DNA of 64,000 nt from Chiloscyllium plagiosum (GCF_004010195.1 NC_057720.1:31332150-31396149), one strand, 5' to 3'. Numbered from the stretch's first letter, positions 1 through 12,346 are shown. Made by a program: numbers and translations. The notes: generated by a model not told the origin, from the sequence alone.

Positions 1-39
1 CTCTGAAGTAGATTTCCTTGTTATTCAGACATTCCAGGG

Positions 40-205
40 ATGAGTATAGGGTCAGGGAGATGGCATCTGCCATGGAGCTAATGTGACGGTAGGCAAATTC
101 CAGTGGATCGAGGCAATCTTTGAGTTGACGTATGCTATTACTAACTTTTCAAAGCACTTTATAATGATGGACGTCACAGCCACTGGGCGGTTGTCTTTAA
201 GGCTG
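40..205 (-). mobile_element. Rex1/Babar-type LINE RT fragment
   Basis: Minus-strand peptide RPVAVTSIIIKCFEKLV, followed by a frameshifted DPLEFAY-like motif, matches the RT N-terminus of Rex1/Babar LINEs. Confidence 0.7.
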
Positions 206-243
206 TGCTGGCCTTGGTACGGATCCACAGGACATTCACAAGA

Positions 244-628
244 ATGATCCCAAGGTGGAGGACTTATCATGTGAGGAGGAGCTGAGGACTCTGGGTCTGT
301 ATTCAATGGAGTTTAGAAGGATGAAGGGGATCTCATGGAAACTTACAAAATACTGAGAGGCCTGGATAGGGCAGATACAGAGAAATTGTTTCAACTATTA
401 TAAGAAACTGGGATCCAAGGGCTTCAGCCTGAGGGTGGTGAATCTGGAATTCATTGCTATAGAGGACTTTGGACGTCAAGTTGTTAAGGCAGAGATGGAT
501 AGGTTCTCGATTTTTAAGGTAATAAATGGTTATGGGAAGAAAGCTGGAAAATAGGGTTAAAAACATATCAGCTAAGATCGAATGGTGGAGCACACCTGAT
601 GGGCTGAATAGCCTAATTCTGCTCCTCA
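244..628 (+). mobile_element. CR1 LINE 3' fragment (old)
   Basis: Degenerate ORF2 C-terminus (GLS.EE.LRTLGLYSMEFRRMKGDL) and 3' end gggctgaatagcctaattctgctcct. Confidence 0.8.
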
Positions 629-639
629 CTCTAATGGTC

Positions 640-782
640 AGCAGAGGTTACCATGAAGGTCCCATCTTCTTAACCTCACTGCTCACCAGAGGCATGGTGA
701 TCCTCAGGTTAAACTATCACAGACCATCTCTCTAATGCGAGGGCAGCCCTATGACCCTCTTGGACTATGGCACTTTACTTTC
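640..782 (+). mobile_element. SINE 3' part (same family as 12653-13093)
   Basis: Shares aggttaccatg, cctcaggttaa, ctctctaat and gactatgg with the tRNA-headed repeat at 12653-12794 plus 13010-13093. Confidence 0.6.
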
Positions 783-981
783 CATTAATAAAGCAATATT
801 AATGTCACTGATTAACAACTTTCACAGAAATGGGATGAATTCATAGAATTTGATCCAAACAATGATTAAAAAGTCATATAATGTATTTGGCCATGCCTCT
901 GATATAATGCTAGATGCCCAAACACAAATTTTACATCCTCATTTACAATCTACTGCATAGCAGTAAAATGTGATCTATCAT

Positions 982-1637
982 GGTAGTGATTGGAATGATG
1001 TCAGCCAGGTGGATCTCAATGAATATGAGTTCACTGATTGGAGCTGTTAACCTGATGCAATCAGGGAGTCCTGGCTGACAGATATAAACAGGGGTGTCAG
1101 GGGTTCTGTTCATTCCAGAAGCCAGCTCTGAGCTAGCTGGATCAGTGTCATAGAGTCATCTAGATAGAGATGTGAATAGGGAGGGGCTGTTTTCCCTGGA
1201 GTGTCAGAGGCTGAGGGTGACCTTGTCGAGGGTTACAAAATCCCAGGGGCATAGATAGGGTAAATAGACAAAGTCTTTTCCTTGGGTGGGGGAGTCCTGA
1301 AGTAGGGGGTGTAGGTTTAGGATGAGAGGGGAAAGATATAAAAGGGACCTAAGGAGCAACTTTTTCATGCAGAGGGTGGTGCGTGTATGAAATGAGCTGC
1401 CAGAGGAAGTGGTGGAGGCTGGTACAAATACAGCATTTAAAAACCATTTGGATGGGTATATGTATAGGAAGGGTTTAGAGGGATGTGGGCCAAGTGCTGG
1501 CAAATGGGATTAGATTAGATTAGGATACCTGGTCAGCATGGATGGGTTGGACCTGTTTCCGTGCTGTCCTGTACTATGCATTTGTAAATAAAGGATGATT
1601 CATTGACAGGATACTGGTCTTTGTGGAGTTATTTTCA
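982..1637 (+). mobile_element. Gypsy solo LTR interrupted by a CR1 insertion
   Basis: Collinear with the LTR at 59476-59689 (ctggctgacagata, gctctga..agctggatca, tgtggagtt..ttca end); flanked by atcat/gtcat (5-bp TSD, 1 mismatch). Confidence 0.8.
1148..1567. mobile_element. CR1 3' fragment with twin-priming-type inversion
   Basis: Body 1174-1567 reads plus and ends at gtgctgt; the missing tail is present reverse-complemented at 1148-1173. Confidence 0.8.
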
Positions 1638-1714
1638 GTCATGTATCACACTTTGTTACAGATGCAGAGCAAAATTTTAAATTATGACGTGGTGCACTTC
1701 CAGATCACAATATG

Positions 1715-2183
1715 AAGGTTCTCGGTGCTGGGTTTGAGCTACAGGGAAGGCTGAATAGTCTGGGGCTACTTTCTCTGGAGAGTCGAAGGCTGAGGGGTGA
1801 CCTTATACAGGCTTTTTAAAATCATGAGGGGCATGGATAGGATAAATAGACAAGGCCTTTTCCACGGATTGGGGGAGTCCAGAACTAGAGGACATATGTT
1901 TAGGGTGAGAGGGGCAAGATTTAAAAGGGTTGTGAGGGGCAACTTTTTCACACAGTGGGTGGTGCATGTTGGAATGAGTGGCCAGAGAAAGTGGTAGAGG
2001 CTGGTATATTTACAACATTTAAAAAGCATCTGGATGGCTATATGAATAGGAAGGGTTTAGAGGGATATGGGCCAAGTGCTGGCAAATGGGACTAGATTAA
2101 TTTAGGATATCTGGTCAGCATGGACGAGTTGGACCAAATGGTTTACTTCCATGCTCTACATCTCTGTGACACGATGAGTCTAT
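1715..2183 (+). mobile_element. CR1 LINE 3' fragment
   Basis: FKIMRGMDRINRQGLF...RGNFFTQ ORF2 C-terminus plus typical CR1 3' UTR. Confidence 0.9.
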
Positions 2184-2430
2184 AAATACGGGATTTTGTT
2201 TTGCTCATTCTATGTTTGTAATGGGCATCTAATCTTCAAATTTCTTGTTCTCAAAATGTTTCTTCATTTCTTTGAAATGCTTTATCATGCCTCCTGTTGC
2301 CATGTGATTCCCATCTTTACACTACTCTGTTTTCCACCAGAGCACTTTACATTGATGCTTTAGTCTATGTTTTCTCCATTTGTGTACAGTTCCTCTTTTT
2401 TAAAGTACTGTGCAGTGATAACATCCGTTA

Positions 2431-2557
2431 ATTCTGATAAAAATTGCATCTTTCAAACATCAATTTGTTTATTCACTCCACAGTTGCTACCAGGTGCCTT
2501 TAGGGTTTGAAGCATTCTCTGCTTTTGTTGCAGAATTCCATCACGTGCAGTTTCTTT
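2431..2557 (+). mobile_element. Old Penelope-like 3' terminus remnant
   Basis: Degenerate match to the terminus at 48222-48357 (ctgat...aaacatcaa...ccacag.tgct...gcattct...tgcagtt). Confidence 0.45.
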
Positions 2558-3822
2558 AGTCATTTATGTCCCTACCACCAGTATCACATTTGGAGATTTA
2601 TCACCAGGATCCCTTTGAGAAATAAAACTAAAATGAATTAGCCTTATTTCTGAGAATCTATTTTCTTCGAGGAAAAGTAAATAACTGAAAAATGTCTGGC
2701 TACCCTGACAGGTGCACTCTATTTTAACTTAAAAATATTTTTGATTAATTCAGGTCTTACAATGTCACAAAGGCTCGGCAACTCATGCAAGAAATTTTAC
2801 TCTCTTTAGCATTCAGATTTTTAGAAAATTTACACTAATTCACATGTTGGCACAGAAATCTTGTGGCATTTATAGGAGTGCAGACCGATATAGTGTGTGC
2901 TAAGCAGTATTGAGTGGTGATATAATGAGGAATGTTTATGTTGTAGTCTTCCATGCTCCGGGATACTCAAAAGACAATGGTATCATCAGGAATGAATACA
3001 TGTCTAATCCCTTAATCCCCTCTCCATCGTTCAGTGGTGCCTTCACTTGAAGACTCAGTACTGCTTGGGACATGCAAGCAAGTGTAACTTTCACTGCTTG
3101 CAATAGGTATATACCCTTGCAATGCTGAACCCAACAGAATCAAATGGACAAGAACTTACTGGGTCTTTCAACAGTCCGTGAATGTGACTTATGTTTTCAT
3201 ATAGGTTGAACAAAATACTAAATATTCTGATTCTCTTCTTGAATGACAAACAACAATTCTCCCTTTCCACCCACAACATTAGTTCCATAACTGAGGGAAA
3301 GCCAGACTAATGATGAGAGAAGACAACATAAGTACCTGCTCCCACCATCTCAAGATACTCAAGATAAAAATCCCACACTTTGTTTTAAGCGCACATTCGA
3401 ATTCAGTTTCATTGTTACTCTTCAATACTGTTCTAATTCCACTGGGTGACATTATAATAACAAAAGCACTGTGAATCTGCATTCCAAACCAGGTTAGAGC
3501 TAAATATCTTTAACATTTTCAGGATGTGGATGTCACTGGCATTTATTGTCCAGCCTGAACTTATACAAAAAAATAGTGATAATGAGCCCTCTTAAATCAA
3601 TTGCTGCAACTGAACACTTGCTCAGACACTTCAGGGAACTGGATTTAACAATCCCCAACCAGATGATTAGGGGGGAGGTGGCAGGGTCATGTGTAAAATA
3701 CAATTGGTGGCCTTCCCACTAGCAGGGAGGGTAACATTGGCAGTCCGAGTTTACTGAGACCCTTATCTCCAACAGAATTTTACTTGCTCTGGGTGGAATG
3801 CCCTATCATGCAAGGACAGAAC

Positions 3823-4044
3823 TGTGATGCTGGAAAAGCACAGCAGGTCAGGCAGCATCCAAGGAACAAGAAAATCGGTGTTTCGGGCAAAAGCCCTTCA
3901 TCAGGAATGAGGGTCATTCCTGATGAAGGGCTTTTGCCCGAAACGTCGATTCTCCTGCTCCTTGGATGCTGCCTGATCTGCTGTGCTTTTCCAGCACCAC
4001 ACTCTCGACTCTAAGCTCCAGCATCTGCAGTCCTCACTTTCTCC
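3823..4044. mobile_element. Palindromic non-autonomous Penelope-derived mini-element with hammerhead cores
   Basis: 3823-3910 is the near-perfect reverse complement of 3914-4001; ~40 nt tail to 4044; flanks atcatgcaagga / atcatgcaggga. Confidence 0.85.
3914..3952 (+). ncRNA. Minimal type I hammerhead ribozyme core (PLE-associated)
   Basis: CTGATGA-a-GGGC-tttt-GCCC-GAAA-CGTC: both conserved boxes, a 4-bp stem II, a palindromic ACGT stem III and a GUC cleavage triplet. Confidence 0.75.
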
Positions 4045-4887
4045 AATCATGCAGGGAGCCAGGCATCCTTAGTTGCATAGGGTGGCATTCAACAAGGAGG
4101 AAGAACTTCCTTGTCATGGCTCCTGGGCTCATCAGGCTTAGAGGCCTACTGAAGCCAGCTCCTAACAGATTGCCTCCTAATTCCCATAGTTCACTGACCC
4201 CAGACTTACTTGAGGCCCTCAACATCGTGGGGACTCCTGTAGCCCCAGCAAAGGCCACCATTCCTGATTGGTGTGGTTGGAACTTCATAGCTGCCAAGCC
4301 ACCCAAATGATGCAGGCAAGACTTCTATTGGGAACACCATGCAAGACATTGGTGAGGCCACATTTAGAGTACTGCATACAATTCTGCTCCTGCAGTTGAA
4401 AGAGTGCTGTTAAACTGGAAAGGGTGCAAAAATGATTTACAAGGATGTTACCATTACTTTGAGTTATAAGGAGAGGCTACAAAGGCTGGGACTTTATTCC
4501 TTGGAATGTAGGAGGCTGAGGGATGACCTTTTAGAGGTTTATAAAATCATGAGGGGCCATAGATAAGGTGAATAAGGACTGTTCCCCAGGGTAGGGGAGT
4601 CCAAAATTTGAGGGTACAGGTTTAAGGAGAGAGTGGCAAATTTGAAAGGGACTTGATGTCCATCTTTTTCACATAGAGGGTTTTATTTGATTTGATTTAT
4701 TATTGTCACATGTATCAAAATACAGTGAAATCTCTGTGCTAACCAGATAAATCATTCCTTACATAAATACATCAGGGCAGTAGAACAGAATGCAGAATAT
4801 AATGTTACAGCTACAGAGGAGGTGCAGAGAAAGATCAACTTTAGTATATGAGAGGTCTGTTCATAACTCTGATAACAGCAGGGAAGG

Positions 4888-7332
4888 AGCATGGGGATTT
4901 GTGCGTGGGAGATCGCGCCTCAAAAATTTGTTAGAATTCTTTGATGAAGTGACCATGAAGGTTGATGAGGGCAGAGTGGATTTCAGTAAGGCATTTGATC
5001 TACTGACTCCCACAGCTACCTGGCCTACACCTCCTCTCAATCCCCCTTCTGTAAAAACGCTATCCCTCACTCCCAATTCCACCACTTCTGCTGTATCTGT
5101 TCCCAGGAGGAGCAATTCCATTCTAGGACATCCCAGATGGCTTTCTATTTTAAGGACTGCAATTTCCCCTATCACATAATCAACAATGCCCACCAGTGCA
5201 TCTCCTCCACTGCCCTTGAACCCCACCCCTCCAAATGCAACAAGGATAGAACCCCCTGGTCCTCAACTTCCACCCCACTAATCTCTAGATACAGCACACT
5301 ATCCTCCGCCATTTCCACCAGCTACTGTCAGACCCCACCACCAGAGATATATTTCCCTCCCCACTCTATTGGCAGTCCACAATGACCATTCCCTCTGTGA
5401 CTCCCTTGTTGGGTCCATGCTGCCCACCAACCCTCCCTTCACGCCCAGCACCTTCCCTTGCCACCGCAAGAGGTGTAAAACCTGCGCCCACACCTCCCCC
5501 CGCCCCCCAACTCTGTCCAAGACCCTAGAGGATCCTTCCACATCTGACAGAGATTTCCCTGTATATCCAAGCACCTCATGTAGAGTGTCCATTGCCCTTG
5601 AGGTGGTCACCAGGATGCCAACTTGCAGAACGTTTCAGGGAACATCTCTGAAACACACGTATCAAACAACCCCACAGCCCTGTGGCCAACAACTTCAACT
5701 CCTCCTCCCACTCCATCAAGGAAATGCAAGTCCTGGGCTTCCTTCACCACCAAATCCAAGCCAACTAATATCTGGAGGAAGAATGCCTCATCTTCCACCT
5801 TGGGACCCTCCAACCACATGGCATCAATGTCGACTTCACCAGTTTCCTCGTCTCCCCTCCCCCCACCACATTGCAGATCCAACTCTCCAACTTGGCACCA
5901 TCCTTTTGAACTGTCCTACCTGTCCATCTTCCTTCCCAGCTATCCGCTCCACCCTCCTCTCTGACATGTCACCATCCGACTCCACCTTCTTCTATTTATT
6001 GCCTTTGAAGCTACCTCATCCCGTCCCACGTCCACACTCCTCTTTATCTCCTAGCCCCCTTCCCTGCACCCACATTACTGAGGAAGGGTTTATGCCTGAA
6101 ACATCAATCCTCCTGCTCCTTGGATGCAGCCTGACCTGCTGTGCTTTTCCAGTACCACACTTTTTGACATTTTATAGAGTTCCACATGATAGGCTGCTCT
6201 GGAAGATTACATTGCATGGGATCCAGGGGAAGCTGGCAAATTGGACACACAATTGGCTTGTTGGTAGGAAGCAGACGGTAATAGTGGAAGGATGCTTGTT
6301 GGACTTGAAGCCTGTGACTAGTGGTATACCTTAGATGTTGATGCTGGGCCCTTTGCTGTTTGTTATCTATATCAATGATGTGGATGAGAATGTACAAGGC
6401 ATGATTAGTAAGTCTGCAGATGACACTTAAACAGGTGGTGTCATGGGCAGTGAGGATGGATATCAGAAATTGCAGTAGGACCTTGATCAGTTGGAGAAGT
6501 GGGCTGAGAAATGGCAAATGGAGTTTAATATAGTAAACTATGAGATTTGCATTTTGGAAAGTCAAATCAAGGTAGGAGTTTCATGGTGAATGGTAGGGCC
6601 TTAAGGAGTGTAGTGGAACAGAGGGACCTTGGAGCTCAGGTGCATGGTTCTCTGAAAGTGGAGATACGGGTAAACAGGGCAGTGAAGAAGGGTTTTGGCA
6701 CACTGGCTTTCATTAGTCAGGGCACTGAGTATAGAAGTTGGGAAGTTATGTCGCAGTTGTACAGGATGTTGGTGAGACCGCGCTTGGAGTATTGTGTTTA
6801 GTTTTGGTCACCTTGCTATGGGAAGGATGTTGTTAAACTGGAAAGATGCAGAAGAAATTTGCAAGGATGTTGCCAGGACTCAAGGGTCTGAGTTATAGGG
6901 AGAGGTTGGACAATGTAGGACTTTTTTCTTGAGAGCATTGGAGACTGAGGGGGGGTCTTATAGAAGTGTATAAGATCAAGAGAGGCATGGACAGGGTGAA
7001 TGCACTTAGTCTTTTTCCCAGGGTAGGGGGCATCAAGGACTAGAGGGCATCAGTTTAAGGTTGGGGGGGCTAAGAGTAAAAGGAAACCTGAGGGGTAACA
7101 TTCTTACACAGAGGGGTGTACACATATGGAATGAACTGCCTGTGGAAGTGGTTCAGCGGTTACATTAACAACATTTAAAAGGCATTTGGACAAATACATG
7201 AATAGGAAAAGTTTAGAAGGATATGAGCCAAGTGCAGGGAAATGGAGTTAGCATGGATGGACATTTTGATCGGTATGGAACAGTTTTGGGCTGAAGAGCC
7301 TGTCTTCGTGCTGCAGAAGTCTATGACTCTAT
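4888..7332 (+). mobile_element. CR1 LINE ORF2 RT to 3' end, interrupted by Penelope
   Basis: GFVRGRS.LKNLLEFF, DFSKAFD, SADD, HFGKSN and RPRLEYCV motifs; ctatgactct tail. Confidence 0.9.
5000..6167 (+). mobile_element. Penelope-like element, 5' truncated
   Basis: Same RT-thumb and CxxxxCxxC linker (PCHRKRCKTC) as 34683-35148; PLE terminus with degenerate hammerhead at 6078-6105; inserted just after DFSKAFD of the host CR1. Confidence 0.9.
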
Positions 7333-7828
7333 TTTCTTAAATCTGTTGGTACTTGTTTTTGATCTTTTCTATCTTCTGCCCAATGGAAGAGGGTGGAAGA
7401 TAGTATAATCGGGGTGGGAGGGGTCTTTGATTATGTTGGCTGCTTTACCATGGCAGCTGGAAGTGTAGATGGAGTCAATGGAAGGAAGGCTGGTTTGCCT
7501 GATGGACTGGGCTATATTCACAACTCTCTGTAATTTCTTGCAGTCTTGGGCAGAGCAGTTGTCATACCAAGTTGTGATACATCTGGACGGGATGGTTTCT
7601 ATGGTGCATCTATGAAAATTGGTCAGAGTCATTGTAGACATGAATTTCCTTGGATGTCTGAAGAAGTTGAGGCATTGACGTGCTTTCTTGACTGGAGCAT
7701 CAATGTGACGGACCAGAAGAGATTGTTTATGATATTTACTCCTAGGAACTTGAAGCTGTCAACATCCCCAGCTTAGTATCATTGATACAGATAGGGGTGG
7801 GTCCTCCATGCCGTTTCCTGAAGTTGAT

Positions 7829-8429
7829 AGTGTCGAGCTGGAAAAGGTACAGCAGGTCAGGCAGCAACTGAGGAGTAGGAGAATTGATGTTTCTGGCATC
7901 AGCCCTTCATTAGGAATGAGGCTTGTGGACCGGGGGAACTGAGAGATAAATGGGAGGGGGGTGGGGCTGAGGGGAAGGTAGCTGGGAATGTGATAGGTAG
8001 ATGAAGGTGGGAGGGAAGGTGATAGATCAGAGAGGAGGGTTGAGCGGATAGTTGGGAAGGAAAATAGACAGGTCAAGAGGGCGGTGCCAAGTTGGAGGCT
8101 TAGGACTGTGATATGGTAGGGGGAGGGGAATGAGGATACTGGTGAAATCCACATTGATCCATGAGGTTGCAAGGTCCTGGACCTCCTCCATCGTCAGATC
8201 CTAACCACCCGACACCTGGACGAAGAACGCCTCATCTTCCGCCTAGGGACCTTCCAACCAAATGGCATCAATATGGATTTCACCAGTTTCCTCATTTCCT
8301 CTCCCCTTACCATATCTTATGTCCGAAATGTTAATTCTCCTGCTCCTTAAATGCTGCCTGACCTGCTGTGCTTTTCCAGCACCACACTCTCGATTCTGAT
8401 CTCCAGCATCTGTTGTCCTCACTTTCTCC
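7829..8429. mobile_element. Penelope-like insertion with inverted termini and 14-bp TSD
   Basis: ttcctgaagttgat at 7815-7828 and 8430-8443; minus arm 7829-8172, plus arm 8173-8429 ending in the tail. Confidence 0.9.
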
Positions 8430-9703
8430 TTCCTGAAGTTGATGACCAGGCTCCTTCCTTTTGCTGATATGGATGGAGAGATTGTTGCCTTTACACCATG
8501 TCAATACCTCCTTCCTGTATTCTGTCTTATCGTAAGTTGAGATCTGACTCACTACAGTGGTGTCATCAGCAAATTTGTAAATGGTGTTAGAGCCAAATTT
8601 GGCCACACAGTCGTGCCTGTATAAGGATTATAGTAAAGGACTGAGTAGCAGTCTTGCAGGGCACCGGTGTTAAGGATGGCGTGTATATGGAACAAGCTGT
8701 CAGAGGAAGTAGTGGAGTTGGGTACAATTATAACATTTAAAAGACATTTGGACAAGCACATGGATATGAAAGGTTTAGCGGGATATGGACCAAACACAGG
8801 AAAATGAAACTAGTTCAGTTTCAGAAACCTGATAAGCAGGTATGGATTGGGGCGAATGACTTGTTTCTGTATTCTACAACTCTGTGGAAAACTAAAGGCT
8901 GCAGCCTCACCTCAGACCATAACACTGCTCCCAGCAGTAAATTTCTGCAGGACAGCTGTTGGGTTTTGCGAGCTTGTACTCTGATTTTTAGTTTAATGTA
9001 TTTCTGCTAATTCTGTTCAGTGCATTTAGATTGTTCTTTTTAAAATGTGAATTGGATGGAAAAACTTCAAAAGTTGAAGTTTAATTAGAAAAAAAAAATA
9101 CCTTGGCAAAGAAGCTTGGTTCTAAATAATAAACTAAAATGGGCAAAAAGATGAAAGGAATCTGTTATGACTTCTAGCCAAATTCAGGCCTGTTTCCTTA
9201 TTTCAACAGTGCAGATCTGTTTGACAGCTCTAACCAGCTCCAGAAGATGACAAAGGGTTCCTGGCACTACAATTGTCTTTGCATAGTATGGCTGAGTGAT
9301 AGACTGCTGAGTTGGCCCAGTTTAAAACATTAATGAGTGTTAACAGTTTATGAAACGTAATCCTGCTTGGAAATTTAAAACATGGCCTTCCCAAGTTACG
9401 CAATCAGTAATTGTCACAGAAGCTATAAAACTGTACACATGTGGGTCATATTTGTCTTTCTGTGTCTCGCTTTCTCAGTACCTTGAAATACAAATTGCTG
9501 GGCTCTCATGGGGCCCATTCACTGCACATGCAGATATTAAAATATGAAAGCATTTCATTTTTTCTGTGCTTATATTTTCCAGTGTTATGGGAGAGCTTTC
9601 CCAATGCAATAACAAAATGAACTGGGCCCTTACAGCCAATAAAAACAACAGCTTTTCAACCCATCACTCAACTCACAACCAAGAAATAAAGCATCATCAT
9701 CTT

Positions 9704-10190
9704 GACTTTACATAACATCTTTAATGCGGCAGAACATCCTAAGACATAAATTGATACTGAACAAAATAAGGGGGAAAGGAGCTGATCAGAAGCTTGATTG
9801 CAAGAGTAGGTTTGAAACCTGTATTAAAAAGAGAAAGAAGAGATAGAGCTGTGGGAAAAAGGAAATCCAAAGTTTTGGGGGCTGGATAGCTGAAAAGACA
9901 TAATTACCAAATGTGGTTGGAACAAAGTGGGTTAGAGAGAGAAAAAGCTGTGATGCTAGAATTCAAGGTAGACAAGCAGGAGCTCGAAGAAACAACAAGC
10001 CAGGCAGCATCAGGAGTGGAGACGTCAACGTTTCAGGTGTAACAAAGTGGGTGACACACAGGAGGCTGAGTTGGAGAAACATGGAGTTCTGAGACAGTTG
10101 CAGGGCTGCCGGATCCTGCAATGATAAGTAAAGCCATCAAATTTGCACAAAAAGATAAAAATGTTTAAATCCTGCTCCAAAGATTCGAAT
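9704..10190 (-). mobile_element. Old L2-like LINE 3' remnant containing a Penelope terminus fragment (~9935-10043)
   Basis: Resembles 59230-59470; internal gcaggagctcgaagaaac...gcagcatcagg...aacgtttcagg is a reverse PLE end. Confidence 0.5.
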
Positions 10191-10196
10191 ATATAT

Positions 10197-10946
10197 AATT
10201 CATACAACATGAAAACAAACCCTTTGATCTAATTCAACTTCATTGATCAGACATACCAAGCTAACTTGTCCTATTTGCCAGCATTTGGCCCACATCCCTC
10301 TAAATCCTTCCTATTCATATACCCATCCAGATGCCTTTTAAATGTTGTAATTGTACTAGCCTCCAACATTTCCTCTGGCAGCTCCTTTCATATACGCACC
10401 ACCCGCTGCGTTAAAACGTTGCCCCTCAAGTCCTTTTCAAATCTTTCCTTCTCACCTTAAACCTATACCTTCTAGTTTTGGACTCCCCCTACTCCAGAAA
10501 AAGATTTTTGCTATTCACCCTATCCATGCTCCTCATGATTTTATAAACCTCTATAAGGGCACTCCTCAGCCTCTGACACTCGAGGGGGAAACAATCCCAG
10601 CTTATTCAGCCCCTTCCTGTAGTTCACACCTTCTAATCCCAGCAACATTCTTGTAAATCTTTTCTGCACCGTCTCAAGTTTAAAATCTTTCCTACTGAAG
10701 GGTGATCACAATTGTACACAGTTTTCTAGAAGTGGCCTCACCAATGTTCTGTACATCCACAACATGACATTCCAACTCCTGTACTCAATGTTCTGACCAA
10801 TGAAGGCAAGTGTGCCAAATGCCTTCTTCACCACAGTGTCTACCTATCTCCACTTTCAAGGAACTGTGCACCTGTATCCCTAGGTCTCTTTGGTTGGCAA
10901 CCAGAGTCTACCATTAATTGTATAAGTCTTGTCCTGGTTTGTCTTA
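10197..10946 (-). mobile_element. CR1 LINE 3' fragment
   Basis: Reverse complement of CR1 ORF2 C-terminus and 3' UTR. Confidence 0.9.
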
Positions 10947-11959
10947 AGGCATGGCCACCAATGGTAGAGAAACAATAATTAGATAATTATGTAAGCCATT
11001 GCAAAATCACAGGGAGGGCAGAGGATTGGCTAAACTGTTTACACAAAAGCTGTACTAGATGTGGAGGCTACAGTGATTGTGCCACTGCATGTACAAGGTG
11101 GCAGAGAGGAGTGGTTCAGGCTGCTCAGAGGCAAGGTCTGCACAAAGCCCACACATCAATGTGGAGCCAAATACCTTCCAGGCATTGTACAATGATGACA
11201 GGAGGCTCCCAAATCCACCCATTGCGTAACGAAGTGGAAATCTCCTGCAAAGGAGATAGTAAGATGAATGTGAATTGGGGCTTGGGAAGGGGCACAAGTC
11301 AGGAAGGTCATCCTGAATGTTCTCAGCAATGACATTGCAGTCACAGACAGACATGTGATATGGAGAACAATCTCTTCTGCAGCATTCACATAAGCACCCT
11401 TATCTCACATTGACACACTATACTTCTGTTATTGAACACACCTCTTTCCCCGGAGGAGACAGTGATTATGTAATGCTATTTTTGGTACAATGTGCCTACC
11501 ATAGCTGACTAGCTAAAAGGTACATAGAAGCAACTTAAGGTGAGTGTGGAACTGGCAACACAGGAATATATATATGTACATCAAAAATTAGGTGAAATAA
11601 GGGACTGTAAAGCCAGAATCCTGACTCCTACTATTGGGTTAATGATGGGGTTATGGTACATTGTGCAGCTAGAAAGGTCAGTGAGGTGTTGGATAGGAGA
11701 TGTTGTCATGTGAAAATGCAGTCACTGACCTCACTCCCACATGAGCTTATTGAACTTTCCCAGCACTAATGGCACCTCCTTAATGCCAGACTCACATTAA
11801 GCTCATTGGCCACCAGCTCCCATTAGCTCTGAAGGCCATTTCTGGATGGTTTCCTGGGGAAATGTAGCCTCCTTCTCCAGTTGACCTCCATAATTAATTC
11901 TTCACATACAATTTCTGAAAATCTCAGTTCCCTTTCTCTGCCCTGATACCCAATTTTCT

Positions 11960-12346
11960 TTTGCAAAAATAGACTTTCTTCATAAAAAAATTCTTAAGTA
12001 TGTATGCAGTTACTAAAGCAGTTCAGTTCGGTACATTCTTTACATATTGAGAACAAACAAACATTGGAGTTTGATTTTCTTTATAGTTACAACAAACCCA
12101 AAAACATTTCTTAATTATGCAAAGTATTATTTACATGCATTTGAGGCATTAGGAGGATCAGATGACTGAACGGACCACCCGTGTACTGAGGCAGAAAGAA
12201 CTTTGACGCTGGTGTTTCTCCACTGCACCTTAGCAGTGGCTGCCTCAAACTTTAGTGTATCCCTCAGCAAGTTGGCCTGGACCTTGGAATGTGCCAGTCT
12301 GCAATTTGGTTGAGGTCAACTCTGCACTGGAAGACCAACAAGGTTT
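11960..12346 (-). mobile_element. Tx1-clade LINE 3' end
   Basis: Minus-strand remnant NLLVFQ...CRLAHSKVQANLLRDTLKFEAATAKVQW followed by an AT-rich 3' UTR. Confidence 0.6.

Larger units (their letters stand above)
4681..8672 (-). mobile_element. Rex1/Babar-type LINE, 5' truncated, split by CR1 and Penelope
   Basis: Minus-strand ILNTGA, IYKFADDTTVV and CITTWY..CSAQDCKKLQRVV motifs; (aatca)n-like tail at 4681-4700; homologous to 46410-47385 and 50990-51730. Confidence 0.85.
4335..8885 (+). mobile_element. Outer CR1 3' fragment split by nested insertions (pieces 4335-4680 and ~8673-8885)
   Basis: ttcacatagaggg (4680) rejoins tggcgtgtatatggaacaagctgtcagagg (~8677), as in the intact CR1 3' ends elsewhere in the window. 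Confidence 0.8.

Noticed and set aside
3823..4001. Long hairpin as a possible pre-miRNA
   Set aside because: Explained by inverted Penelope termini with a TSD; small-RNA production cannot be judged from sequence
5369..6334. 321-aa proline-rich ORF
   Set aside because: Mostly off-frame read-through of a C-rich Penelope running into CR1; not a host gene
11055..11430. GC-richer patch with overlapping small ORFs, possibly a Harbinger Myb-like relic
   Set aside because: No motif strong enough to support a call
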